From the NCBI RefSeq assembly GCF_001194135.2, contig NC_068994.1, forward strand, positions 40,159,527 to 40,223,526: a stretch of DNA of 64,000 bases, read 5' to 3'. The translations under genes and the position numbers were made by a program. The notes under the pieces were generated by a model. It was given only the letters and a program-made list of their open reading frames with translations. It was not told where the DNA came from and did no database searches. This document shows, piece by piece, positions 39,660-53,029 of the stretch. Origin of the DNA: Octopus bimaculoides. Its lineage: Eukaryota. The stretch's first letter is position 1. The number at the start of each line of letters is the position of its first letter.

Positions 39660-41919
39660 AATTTAACCATACATCATCTTAAATAAGTAATATATGACAT
39701 AAAGAAATATTTACATATTAAATTTTACAAAGTCTATACTCTTTTACTGAGTGTTTCACCTACTGGATTGAGACCAGTCTGGAGCATCACCTTCAGCAAT
39801 ATCAGTTTCAAATTTTGACACAAGCCCGGAAATTTAGTGGTAAGGGGAAAGTCGATTACATCGAGCCCAGTGCTCGACTGGTACTTATTTTATCGACCCC
39901 GAAAGGATGAAAGGTAAAGTCAACTCAAAAGATGAAGACAGATGAAATGCAGCTAAGCATTTTGCCTGACTGCAAAATATCAATATCAGTAATTATTGAG
40001 AATCCTATTTATCTGTATCTATTTATCGTATATCTATATAACTTTTTTAAAGCGAAGGGGTGTAACTCTGCGCATCATTTCATACCCATCTATCTACATG
40101 CATATACATAAAAAAATAAATAAGTAAATAACGCATCTCACAGAATCGAGGATAATATGGTAGAATGTATCATTCTTTCCCTTTTTGTTCTAAGTACTGA
40201 TGTAGTTGCAAGCAGACATAGATACAATCTCAGCCTGCCCACTCTTGGTCCAACAGAAGTTCTAAGATGTGCCAATCGGAAAGGGGGATGGCTGCATCAA
40301 CATCGGTATTCACTTCAACTGGGAGAATGGAGCAATTGGTCGTCTGGGCCATGAACTGAACCCACGACTTAATGGCTGTGAGCCACGCAGTGGGTTCAAG
40401 TTCAGGATCATAGGGCTGTGAAACAATTTGCTTATTTAAATGGCTATGATTACGCTTCTATTAACAGAGGTTAATTTTTCTGAAACAGGAAATGTAAAGT
40501 ATGTTCGTAGGGATAACTGCAATAATGAATTATATAACTGTTTCTTTATATTCTACATTCCAACAAAAAGTAGACCTCTTCTCATCCTGTTTGTATCGTA
40601 ATGTAATGATAGTTACACAATATTTGGTTTTGAAGTAAAGGTTTGATATAAGACAGAGTTCAATATTGACTATACCAGATCTTAATTTGGAACACTTATC
40701 AAAGCAAGGTTTCATACATATAATTCTGCTTTGCAAAGTCATTTGAATAAGGTATAGTAGAAAATGTTGATACATGAGATTGTGTTTGTAATGTTAATAT
40801 GTTTGTAAGCAGACAATGGGCAGCAGAAAATGAAAAATACATACAATTTAGAATTGATAGAATTTATATTGGAATCCTAGATATTAAATTATACGAGAGC
40901 ATCCCAAATAAGGAAGTCCTTAAATAAACGAGAATCCCATCCATGTGTGCTATCCCCAGCAAAAATGCTTGAGATAACCAAATGGAAGACAACTGAATCC
41001 ACATAAACATCTTGTATGGAGAATGGAGAACTAGTCTGTTAGAAAACCATTCCTATGCTACAAATATGTCTGCAAATCTGATCTAAAGACTAGTGGACTT
41101 GGTCTGACAAGCTGGGAATCTTTGGCAGCAGATTGTACTAAATAGGAGCATGTCACAAAGACAGACATAGTGCGAGGAGCAATCAGATGAGGTTTGAAGA
41201 GTGAGAAAAGCTAACATCAATGTACTTTCATCCACAAATGCATGCTGCTTCAAGATTCAGTTGTATAGTTGTAGCAGAATCTACTTGTAGTGTGATATCA
41301 GAGTGGTATCATTTGCAAACTTCATCTCTCTGATCAGGATATTTTGTACTCTAGTTTTTGCAAAGTTGAACAACCTCTAGGGTGCAAGGACATGTTATAT
41401 TCTTAAAGGCATGTGACAACAGGAGAGAAATTATGCTGAAGATTATGGTGCGTGAGCACACAAGCCTGCTTCACTATGTTTTTGGATGGGGAGGAGATTG
41501 GCATGGAACTGTCGTATTTAATAGTACATGACATATCTTCATAAGAGCGCACAGAAACGGTGGAGAAAAGCAACATTCTGGCCAGTCCCAGCAGAGAAAA
41601 CAAGAACTCCCGTTCAGATCCTGACTGACCAGTGGTGCAAATCTCCATTGTCTCTCAAAACAAACAGATGCCAAGGAAAGAGATTTTGTTTAGCCCCCAG
41701 CTCAACAGTGAATGAGCAGACCTATGATTAAAGGTATCTCAGCTGTGACCACTTCATATTAGTAGAAATATCTGTTTACATTAACTAACATATCCTCTTT
41801 TATTTTAGAACAGTATGGTTCATAATGAGGATTTGACTGCTATTTTTAGCAGATGAGATCCTCTATACTTCAACATAAAGCTCTGTTGAAACATTACTCT
41901 TACTCCTTACTCTTTTACT

Positions 41920-42077
41920 TGTTTCAGTCATTTGACTGCGGCCATGCTGGAGCACTGCCTTTAGTCGAACAAATCGACCCCAGGACTTATTCTTTGTAAG
42001 CCTAGTACTTATTCTATTGGTCTCTTTTTGCCGAACCGCTAAGTTACGGGGACGTAAACACACAAACACACATACAA

Positions 42078-42150
<73 letters not shown>

Positions 42151-42315
42151 CACGACGGGCTTCTTTCAGTTTCCATCTACCAAATCCACTCACAAGGCTT
42201 TGGTCGGCCCGAGGCTATAGTAGAAGACACTTGCCCAAGGTGCCACGCAGTGGGACTGAACCCAGAACCATGTGGTTGGTAAGCAAGCTACTTACCACAC
42301 AGCCACTCCTGCGCC
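41920..42315 (-). mobile_element. tRNA-derived SINE (third family) with internal (CA)/(TA) microsatellite
   Basis: Head GGCGCAGGAGTGGCTGTGTGGTAAG...GGGTTCAGTCCC and tail ...GCATGGCCGCAGTCAAATGACTGAAACAAG(TAAAAGAG)n. Confidence 0.9.
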
Positions 42316-42880
42316 TTTATGATACATTTTTTTTTTTTATTTTCCTTACAGTAGTCAAACAAATCTATTGTTTCCCTTTTCAACGATTAGGCTCTTGCCG
42401 ATGGAAAGCCTCAAACATCTGAAATTTTAGATATTGTAACTGAACCATGCGGGAATTATGCGGAGTTTTGATATCTACTTCGAGTTGTAACTCTTTATTG
42501 TATATAAGTGAACTGACTGATTCAGAGTTAAGTGCCCTTACCATGGATACAGAGTAAAGCTAGTTAAAAGGATACAAATTCATCGACCCTTCAAAAACAA
42601 TGGACCAGCACAGCGCCAACACTCTGAGCCACGCCTATCAATAATCTTAGTTATTATTTAACCAACGGTCCCATTATTGATATATGTATTATTTATGTAT
42701 GTATGTGTGTATGGGATTATTGGTTACACATACATACATACATACATATGCACACACACACACACACATATATATGTAAGTATACACTCACATTGTAAAT
42801 AAATATATTTTTATATCCATATCTATCTAACTGTATATATGTGTGTGTGTGTGTGTGTATATATATATCAATAGATATAA

Positions 42881-42971
<91 letters not shown>

Positions 42972-42980
42972 CATACACAC

Positions 42981-43030
<50 letters not shown>

Positions 43031-45605
43031 ATGTATGTATAAATATAGGCTGTGATAAGTAATTGAACTTTTATCAGCTACATGTATTGATCTGTACTTA
43101 CAGCTTTCATATCCGTATTATCAACCCCCCCTTTCACTAGTGACACTGCACTTAAATGTACAAGAAGTGCATTTTCATTGTCAATTTGCCTGAAATATTA
43201 CTTCATGTCTTTTACACTGGTTTCGTTGTTTGATATGTGGTTTGTACCTGACACTGATTAATAAAGACCTTAGTACTTCATCTGGAAATTATATACATCA
43301 TATTGGTCAATTTTATAGTTTTGTTTCTTTCTTTTTTTTTTTTTTCTTTATCATGACATCCAGCAAGTACAATTATTATTTATTGATCTTTTTTTACATA
43401 GGTAATAGGTTTCAGATTGATTGAAAAACAGGAAGCGAGATTGTATAGCAGTCATGCCTTTGTCAAGGGCCTTAACGATGTTAGTGAAATGGAAATGGCT
43501 ATAGACAGGCACAGAAATGGAGGAGTCATTCATTTGAGTAAGTATATTAGTGATTACTTTTAACTAAGCACAAAGGCTTCAGGTTTATAGGACAGTGGAA
43601 AATGGGAGACTATGATGTTCATAACTTTTACAAAAACAGGCAATAAGTGTAAAAGAAAGCATCTAGGAATTGAAACTGGACAAAGAAAATGGGAGTCTGT
43701 GATGTTCATCCCTTTTGTAAATCAAGCTGTAGCATAAAGTAAAGGAGCTAGGAATTGAAACTGGTTCTCAAATTCAGTGCACTGGGATTTTATCTCTGAG
43801 CTATGATGTTTATCATTTAGTTTTACTATATATTAAAGGCAGTAATCTGGCAGAATTGTTATTACTCTGAACGAGTGGTGGGCTAATGCATTTTCGATAA
43901 TCACTTGAGTTGACTTCCTTTCTTCATACTTTTTGATGCTGTAGATTACAATTATGATACAACTACCCCGCCTCCTTTTGAGGACTATTACACTCTTTCC
44001 CTTCTAGAATTTGTTTACTGAATGTTTTTTTTTTTTAAATGAAGATTTATTTGTATCTACCTTCACACAAATGCATAAATCACACAGGAGTTTTTGTGCA
44101 TACATTCAGACATATATATATATATATATGATACATTTTCATACAAGCCAGTCCTCTCAGCTGGCAAAAGTGAGTAATCTTACAACAGACCAGCGCCATA
44201 TTCAAGGGGAAATATATACACCACAGAAGCTGGCCCTATGAGTCTCTATGACTCGGGAAGAATCTTTATCTTTATCCTATCCTATTCGATTGTCATTGTC
44301 ATCATTTTAACATACACCTTTTCATGCTTGTGCATCTCAGTATTAGTCGAGGCATGTTAATGTCACTGCCTGCTTGTGAAATTAAGTGGCTGAGCACTCC
44401 ACAGACACATGTCAGACACACATACTCTTAATGTAGTTCTTAGGGAGATTGAGCACAACACAAAATGTGACAATGCTGGCCCTTTGAATTATAGGTACAA
44501 CTCATTTTTGTCAGCTGAATGAACTGAAGCAATATGAAATAGGATACACATCCTATAGCCATCTTTTGCCTGTTGCTAGCCAAGGGAATAATCTCCTAGT
44601 CTTTTGAACTATGAGCAGTCGGGTCATATCTACACAGTGAACTGGTAACAACTGGCACCCTTTGAAAGAACCTTTTGTTACAGATGATATTATTCTTCAA
44701 CCATGATATAAGATGAAAATTTATATAATTATTGCATCTCAGTAGGTGCAGGTGTGGCTGTGTGGGTGAAAGGATTGCTTCTCAAGCATGTGGTTTCAGG
44801 TTCAGTTCCACTGCACAACACTTTTGGCAAGAGCCTTCTGCTATAGCACCTGATGGATCAAAGTTTTGTGAATAGATTCGGAGGACAGAAACTGAAAGAA
44901 ACCTACTGGACATGAATGTCTATAAAAGTGTGTGCATGTGATTTCGTAATGATCTTAAATTTCAGTACAAGGTCAGAAGGTACTTATATAATGAAATTAC
45001 ATTGCCTTTGCAGATCATCAACCATACTTCCTGCTCACTGCTAACACAATATCCAACTCATATGCTGATTCCAATAAAGAATTTTTAATAATGTGTTTAA
45101 ATTATAAGAATTTGAATGTTTTTTAGCTGGTTTAAATATTTGTTTTCAAGAAAAGTCATGGCTTCTCTAAACACACAGGGACACTCTAACCCATTTTCCT
45201 TGGGAATTCTCAATACCTTGAAGAATACATTACTAAAAGTAATTCAAAGTAAGCATGAGTAACTAATCTTGATGCTATGGGAATTAAAGAGTTTATGGTG
45301 ATTATGTGTTCTTGGGAAATGATGTTTAATTTTCAGCAAAAAGAGACTAGCTATATCAATGAGAACATCTCAAATGAATTGAGGATTAAACAAGATTATC
45401 TTTCTATTTTCAACTTTCTTCAAATTTGGGAGTGGGGTGGAAGATCCTCCATAAACACCAACTCCTTGCTAGTGCCGCATCATAGTAAGATGTTACAATG
45501 ACAAAGATTCCAGTTGATTTTATCATTGGAACAGCCTGCTTTGTGAAATTAACATGCAAGCGGCTGAGCACTCCACAGATGCACTTCAGACACATGTACT
45601 TTTAA

Positions 45606-46243
45606 CCCTTTGGAGGTGGAGTCTTATTTGTAGGTTTAGTGCCAAGAAGATGAAACCATTTATGACTTAGGAACCTCATCTTGTGCTGAGTGTTCCTGAA
45701 AAAGTTGGCAGTATACTTATTGATCTTGCTGACAAACAATTGAATGAGATTCCATGTGAAAAATAGCATAAAGTATACCACTGGGGTGCCTTCTGGCATA
45801 TTTCTAGGCCCTGTATTTTCTAAGAATTCACAGGGGTCATCTCTATCTAGTTCAGTATCTCTAATCCTAAACCAAGGGTTCACAACATTACCATTGTCAT
45901 TTTGATCTTCTCCATTACTGTCAGATTCACTGCTAGGCTGGGAGAAATCAGACTCACTCAGAAAGAATATTTTCACTAGTGTCACTGTCAGCCATAGTGA
46001 AATTTCATGATGCTCACTTGGAACATAAAAACATCCATGTAAAATTACAGAACACAGAAAACTGTCATAGAAGTCACCATTGAAAGGCCCAGAATGGAAG
46101 TAATGTGAGAAGCAATCTGATTAGCTAGCATAAAGACCAGCCAGCTAATCCTGAAGTTTGTACTATGAGGCTGATGGATCAGCCCAGTTGCCTTCTTTGT
46201 CATTTGATTTTACAACCGATAGATTGGCCCTGTCTCCTAAGGG
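45606..46243 (-). mobile_element. Internally deleted piggyBac element
   Basis: TTAA at 45602-45605 and 46244-46247, with termini CCCTTTGGAG and (reverse complement) CCCTTAGGAG. ORF 45602-45985 contains FLENTGP...PVVYFMLFFT..LIQLFVSKINKYT, the start of the piggyBac transposase core. Confidence 0.85.
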
Positions 46244-46774
46244 TTAATGTAGTTCTCAGAAAAATTCATCACAACACAAAATCTGACAAAGTTGTCCCTT
46301 TGTATTACAGGTATTACAAATTGTTGCCAGCTGAGTGTACTGGAGCAACTTGAAATAAAATGTCTTGCTCAAGGTCAATGCACTGCTGAGAACCAAACAC
46401 CTGACTTACATTTGGAAGCTAAATACCCTGTCCGCTAAGCTATGCACCATCACTAGCCATGTTATATAAGCTCATGCACACACACATGATGGCAAGTTAG
46501 CAAAGACATATCACAGACATCCTTTATCTTATAAAAATATAGGAATATGGTACTCTATTGAAGAGCATTAAATGATCAACATGCAAACAGACCATATGAT
46601 GAAACACAGAAGGCTAGATATTTTAGTCCACGACAAGAAAGATAGAAAATGACACATTATTGACATAACAAGCCCCAGGGTCAAAATCATAAAAAGTAAA
46701 AATGAGAAAGTGTCCAACTACAATGGATGAGAAGGGAACTGAAAACAAAATAGATCTTAATGGAGGCATTTGTA

Positions 46775-47022
46775 TTGGGTTAGTGCATAATTATTGCGAC
46801 TTTTTTTTCAACAAATTTTATTCAACAAAAACAATAACAATATGTAACAAAAACATCTTTAAATGATTATTCTGGAGCATATTCACCATCTACTTCAATT
46901 ACTGCTTCCCATTTGCTTGGCAGATGGTCAGACCATCATTTAAAGATGTTTTTGTTAAACATTGTTATTGTTGAATAAAATTTGTTGAAAAAAAAAGCCA
47001 CAATAATTATGCACCAACCCAA
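46775..47022. mobile_element. Mariner-derived MITE with about 90-bp TIRs
   Basis: TA|TTGGGTTAGTGCATAATTATTG...CAATAATTATGCACCAACCCAA|TA. The interior encodes DHLPSKWEAVIEVDGEY on the minus strand (mariner transposase C-terminus). Confidence 0.85.
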
Positions 47023-47594
47023 TAATTCCAATTGTAGTTGGCATGTTCAGAATGATAACTACTGATCTTAAATCTTGGTTAGGAATGTTTCAAATCAAAA
47101 ATTGCATGAAGATACAGCAGAGAGCTACATTGCTTGGATCAGCAAGGACAATAAGAAAGGTCCATGAGACCTGAGACTGCTAGGAGTAGGCTGCTCGGAA
47201 GAAGAAATTATCCTGGTTCTCTGTTCTCCCACTGAACACAGTGAAATGATAATTACTTTAAATTTTCGTACAAGGTCAGTTATTTTAGAGGGTGGGGGTA
47301 AGTAGTCAGTTACACAGACCACAGGACTGAAAGGCAAAGTTGACCACCACAGCAGGATTGGAACTTAGAGCTCAAAGAGGTGGAAGAAATACCATGATGC
47401 ATTTTTTCCCAACACTCTAATGACCCTGCCAATCCACCACTTCAATAATGATGATGATGATCATGATCATCATCATCATGACAATCATGATGATCATGGT
47501 GGTGATGGTGGTGGTGGAGGCAGTGGTGACGGTGGTGGTGGTGGGGGTGATGATGATAATGAAATTGATAGTAGTAGTAGTAGTAGTAGTAATG

Positions 47595-47634
<40 letters not shown>

Positions 47635-48458
47635 TGATGATAATAATAATTGGGGTAGAAAGAAAGATGCATTTTATGTTTACTCATGTCTATATTTATC
47701 TAGTTATTTGTTTTCTTTGAGGATTTTTCATGTTTAAGATTTTTAAAAAATTTATTTATGAATTTTACAAGCATTCTACACTTTCTTCCCTCACCCCCAC
47801 CCCCCACTCTCTCTCTTTCTCTCTTTCCATCTCCTATCCCTGTCTCTCCATCCTCACACACACACACACACACATCATTATTTTATCTGATATTCAAATT
47901 TTTGTTATAGTTGTTGTTTTGTAAACATTCTTATATTTACTTCATTAGTGAAAATAATGTTATACCTAGATCAATATAAACTGCTTCAGAAAATGAAAAA
48001 TGAAATAAATATTTTTATGATTTTAGCTGTCAACTACTTCAACAAAGAAATTATTGGCTAAATCATGAGAGATAGTTTTGCTGTTGAATAAATAATGAAA
48101 CAAACTCTCAAACCTAAATTATGCATGAATTTTCAAATTTTTAATGCATATATGTTCGTACACACATACATACATGCACACACACACACACACATACATT
48201 CATACATATGTACATACATTCATACGTACATGTGTATGTACTTTCATACGTGCTTCCATGTATGCATATGTCTGCATTTAATTATATACACATAATGGTA
48301 TATATACATACATACATGCATACATACATAAATATATATACATATATATATATACAAATATATATACATACATATATATATATATACAAATATATATACA
48401 TACATATATATATATACAATTATACAAAAAAACCACCTTTTTTGTATTTATTTTTACT

Positions 48459-48503
<45 letters not shown>

Positions 48504-48686
48504 ATTTATATGCATTTATGTATGTAGATGATATATACATATATAAATATATGTACATCCATACACATATATACATATACATAGTTATAGATATAAAGAT
48601 ATATATACATATATATCATTATATATAGTATATATATCAAATATATATATAATGATACACACACATACATACATGCATACATACAG

Positions 48687-48720
<34 letters not shown>

Positions 48721-48985
48721 GCATATGTATATATATACATGTAGGCTTGTGTGCACGCACACACACATGCATAAATTTTTTTATTCGTTAGTTTACACAT
48801 TTATAAATCTGTTTTGCTGATTTTGATCACTGAAACAGATTCATAAAACTGTAAAATAATGAATAAATAAATTAATATATTTAACTCTACTTACTCAAGT
48901 ATTCATTACTTTATTTAACTTCATGATGACCTTGCTCCTCTAAACAAGCACTTCTCTCTCTTGCTCTCTCTCTCTCTCTCTATAC

Positions 48986-49044
<59 letters not shown>

Positions 49045-49441
49045 CAACATCGTTTAATGATCGCTTTCCATGCTGGCATGAGTAGAATGCACCAGACTTC
49101 TTTGTAGGATTTTTACAGCTGAACGCCTTTCCTAACACCAACCACTCAGCAGAGTGGACTTAGTGCTTTTTACTTGGCACCAACACAGTCAAGGTCAGTT
49201 TTGGCAAGGTTTTTACAGCTGGATGCCCTTCCAAATGCCAACCACTTTACAGTGTGGACTGGGTGCTTTTTAAGTGGCACCTGCACAGGCTGGGTCACCA
49301 AGTACCTTGCAAGACAAAAAAACATATCTTTTGAGAGGGGAGTGGGCGTTGGAGGAGGTGATCTTGGGTCAGATGATGAAAGGTTATAGTGAGATAGAGA
49401 GACAGAAACAAGTGTCTTGCTGTAGAGACACTCTTTCCAGC

Positions 49442-49480
<39 letters not shown>

Positions 49481-50670
49481 GGAACGAAGACAGGAACAGG
49501 TGTGCTACCACAAGGGAGACACATGGTTACCCAACCTGAGGGAAGTGCAGGAGAAGGGGAGAGAGAGTGGGAGACAGCAGGGTAGAGATTGTGGAAAAGT
49601 GTGTGGCATATTCACAAGGGATGGGGATCAGAGTATAAATGGGATTGTTGAGTAAAGGAAGAGAGAGATATAGATGGTGGCAAGTGCCAGGGCATACCCT
49701 TGAGGTTCAAATGTCATAATATAAGTGGCAGGACATTACAAAAGAAATATGATTAGAGAGTGCAAAGTTTGGGAAAAGTGAGTGGCGAAAACCTGAGTAT
49801 ATATAGAATTGGGGATGGGGTGGCTACTGGATAGCAATGATACAGAGAAACAGGGTCATGAGGACAGGACTGGGGGCGGTGAGAGGTAGGCATAGTGTAT
49901 GAAAGAGGAAATGTGAGGAGAAAAGATATAGAGATGCAGATTGGTTTGTTGGGGAAAGTGTGTGAAAAGTGTTCTTGTCATGTGTGGATGAGACATACAG
50001 GCTGGGGACTAGCAGATAGCAATAATACAGTGAGACAGGGCATGTGGGTGGAACACACAGGTCAGGGGATAGTGGTGAACAATGGCACAGTGAAACAGGG
50101 CCAAGAAGACAGTATTGGGGAGTGAGAAGTAAGCATAGTGCATGAAGTAGAAATGTGAGGTCTGAAATCGGTCCATACCACTTCATCCCGTGCCTTCCTG
50201 AGTCTCTCTTTTCCACAGGTACTTTCAGGGATCGGCACTTCTTTATGCAGCTGTCCTCATTCATACACATCACATGTCCAAACATGTCTTCTCTCTTGCA
50301 TGCTACATTTGATTCCTATTATGCCCAACTTTTCTCTCAACACATTTGCAGTTTGTCAGACATGCACACTGATGTTGCACATCTAACAGAGCATACTACC
50401 TTCATTTCTCTCCAGTCTACGCATGTCTTCAGCATTCAGAGCCCATGTCTCACTACAATGGAGTATAGCCATTCGCATACAAGCATCATACAGTCTATCT
50501 TTCACTCTAAGAGAGAGTCCTTTTGTTGCCAACAGAGGTAATAACTCTCTGAACTTCTTCCGACCTATTCTTATTCTAGAAACAATACTTTCAGAACATC
50601 CTCCACCATTGCTAATTTGGTCACCTAGGTAACAGAAACTATCTACAACCTCAAGAGAGCCATCCTTTGA
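49045..50670 (-). mobile_element. RTE-clade LINE, 3' fragment with 3' UTR
   Basis: LEVVDSFCYLGDQIS...ELLPLL...RVKDRLYDAC...LHCSETW (50383-50673) and FGHVMCMNEDSCIKKC, the typical RTE RT thumb/C-terminus. The tail ends in ...GCATGGAAAGCGATCATTAAACGATG. Confidence 0.85.
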
Positions 50671-50689
50671 CATAGACTGTTTTTTATTT

Positions 50690-51655
50690 GGCCTGTCAAG
50701 AGCAGTTTAGTGTGCATATCAGTTTCTCCAAAGCACATGTGAAGCTGCTTTCCACTGTGAAATATTGTCCTTGTTTGAAGGAGAACTCTGATCCCTCAAT
50801 TAAATTGATGCATATCCCACAGTTGGGTCTCCCACATTTTTTTACTGATGGCTTCTGTGTTGTTGTTGAGCGTATTCAGGCTTGTGTTATGAGACTTTTC
50901 ATAGATTTGGGTTGTCTCTTGCTTTTTATGATGGTGTGTGTTTGGAGGATTAAGTTCATTCTGTGGTCCTTTTTTAGTAGGGGAATGTTTTGAAGGATAG
51001 TGTCGAAGCGAAGGCTTCATTGTTAAGAGGGTTGTGTGTGAAGATATATGGTAGGGCTTTTGGTTGTAAATCCTTCTTTAATTTGGGATGTCTGAGTTAG
51101 TGGATGTTGAGTTGTAGGGCACGTTGAAAGTATATGTCAATTAGTTAAGTGGGGTAGTTCCTGGTGATGAGTGTATCCTTTGGTTCATGTAGTCGTGTGT
51201 CTCTGGTGTTTGCATTAGAAACTATAGTACATATCCTTTTTGCTAGGTTGAAGGGGATATTCATTTTGGTGTGCCTGGGGTGGCATGAGTTGAATGGTAT
51301 AGATTGCTTGGAGTCCGTGGGCTTATAGTATATATCTGTTTCTATTACGTTGTTAGATTTCTTAATGAGGATGTCGAGGAAGAGAAGTTGTTGATGGCTA
51401 TATTCCATCATGAATTGAATGTTTACGTCAAGTCCATTTATAAGTGCTTGGAATTCTTTAAGTCTCTCTATGCTTTTATGCTAAAGAATGAAACAGTCAT
51501 CCAGTTATCTCTTCCAGTTATTTTCTGTAGAAGGAGAATGGGTGGCTGTATTTTTCTAGAACCTTATGATAAAGACTAATTTCTAGATATCCCATGACTA
51601 GGTTAGCAAAGGAGGGGGCCATTCTCGTACCCATCGCAGTCCCTGATTTTTATAC
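50690..51655 (-). mobile_element. Penelope-like RT C-terminal half and start of GIY-YIG domain (pseudogenised)
   Basis: Minus-strand translation with stops and frameshifts: GTAMGTRMAPSFANLVMGYLE, WKR*LDDCFIL, FLDILI...TDIYYKPTD...SCHPRHTKMNIP...AKRICTIVS, then KKCGRPNCGIC...FTCALEKLICTLNC. Confidence 0.9.
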
Positions 51656-51673
51656 ATACATATATATATGTAT

Positions 51674-52074
51674 AAATTTGTTGTTGAAAATGCACCTGAA
51701 TTTGAAAAACTTGTAATTGTTTAAAATAAATTTATTTACATATATACCAAATTGGTTTCAACAATATTTTTTGTTTACCAATGGTAAAAATTTAGAATTA
51801 TGAATTAGAAAAACATGTTGAAAAGTTTAAACTTGTCAACATTGAAACATTTAAACATATTTTTCTAATTCATAATTCTAAATGTGTCTGTTATGAACAT
51901 TTAAACTTGTCAACACTGAAACTTTTAAACATATTTTTCTAATTCATAATTCTAAATTTTTACCATTAATAAACAAAATATATTGTTGAAACCAGTTTGG
52001 TACATATGTAAATAAATTTATCTTAAAATAATTATAAGTTTTTCAAATTTAGATGCATTTTCAATGACAAATTT
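51674..52074. repeat. About 400-bp AT-rich foldback abutting the 5' break of the Penelope RT fragment
   Basis: AAATTTGTTGTTGAAAATGCA...GAATTATGAATTAGAAAA is mirrored by TTTTCTAATTCATAATTC...TGCATTTTCAATGACAAATTT. The centre contains a tandem duplication of an approximately 55-bp segment. Confidence 0.85.
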
Positions 52075-52779
52075 GCCTATATTTTTTCCTGCATGGAAAT
52101 ACACCCCTCTTTTGTTATATATCATTATTTGCATGTTGTATATATACATATGTGCAAGTATATGTGTGTAAACGAGTGTTTGACTTCATTTGTATTTTCC
52201 TCAAAATTCGGTATACTACAAGCAGTGACTATGTTATTTCCTCAGTCAAAAATCCATCTGCTAGTTTGAGCCTCTGAAGGTATGAGAAACGAGAGATCCC
52301 GTTCAGGAAAAATATTTCAAGGCTTATCTCAATAATACATTTGTCTAACCCATGCCAGCATGGAAAAACAAGCATAAAAGTGAAAATGTAATCTAACAAT
52401 ATATACATGCATCTAGTGCTGACATCATACAAATTCATAAACTTGAAGAGAACATGAAATAATTTTGATGTGGGATCTTGAAGCAGATAAGCTAAAGGTA
52501 ATGGTGTGTAAATCATCATAATCATTGTCATTGTTTAATGTCCATTTTCCATGCTAGCATAGGTTGGACAATTTGACAGGAGCTGGCCAGCCGGGGAACT
52601 GTCCAGTTTCCAAATGGCTTCTACAGCTGGATGCCCTTCCTAATGCCAAACACTTTACAAAGTGTACTGGGTGCTTATTACATGCCACTGGCATGAGTGC
52701 ATTTACACAGCAATAGCATGAATGTATTTTGTATGGCATTGGCACCTCTAAGAGGCATGCCTGTATGTATAAAAAAATA

Positions 52780-53022
52780 AATAAATGAATGCGCCCTTTT
52801 AAAGCCTAGCCAGACTCATGGGCCTGGTTTCAATGGCGTATGTGTTGCCCAGCTGGACGGGATGCCAGTCCATCACAGTGTTACTCATTTTTGCCAGCTG
52901 AGTGCACTGGAGCTATGTGAAATGAAGTGTTTTGCTCAAGAACACACTGCATCACTCGGTCCAGGAATCGAAACCACAATCTTACGATCATGGGGCTGAC
53001 ACCCTAACCACTAAGTCACGCC
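52780..53022 (-). mobile_element. tRNA-derived SINE (fourth family)
   Basis: TTACTCATTTTTGCCAGCTGAGTG.ACTGGAGC...TTGCTCAAGAACAC...CCTAACCACTAAG. Related copies lie at 17850-18100, 44330-44530 and 63710-63850. Confidence 0.8.
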
Positions 53023-53029
53023 TGTATGT

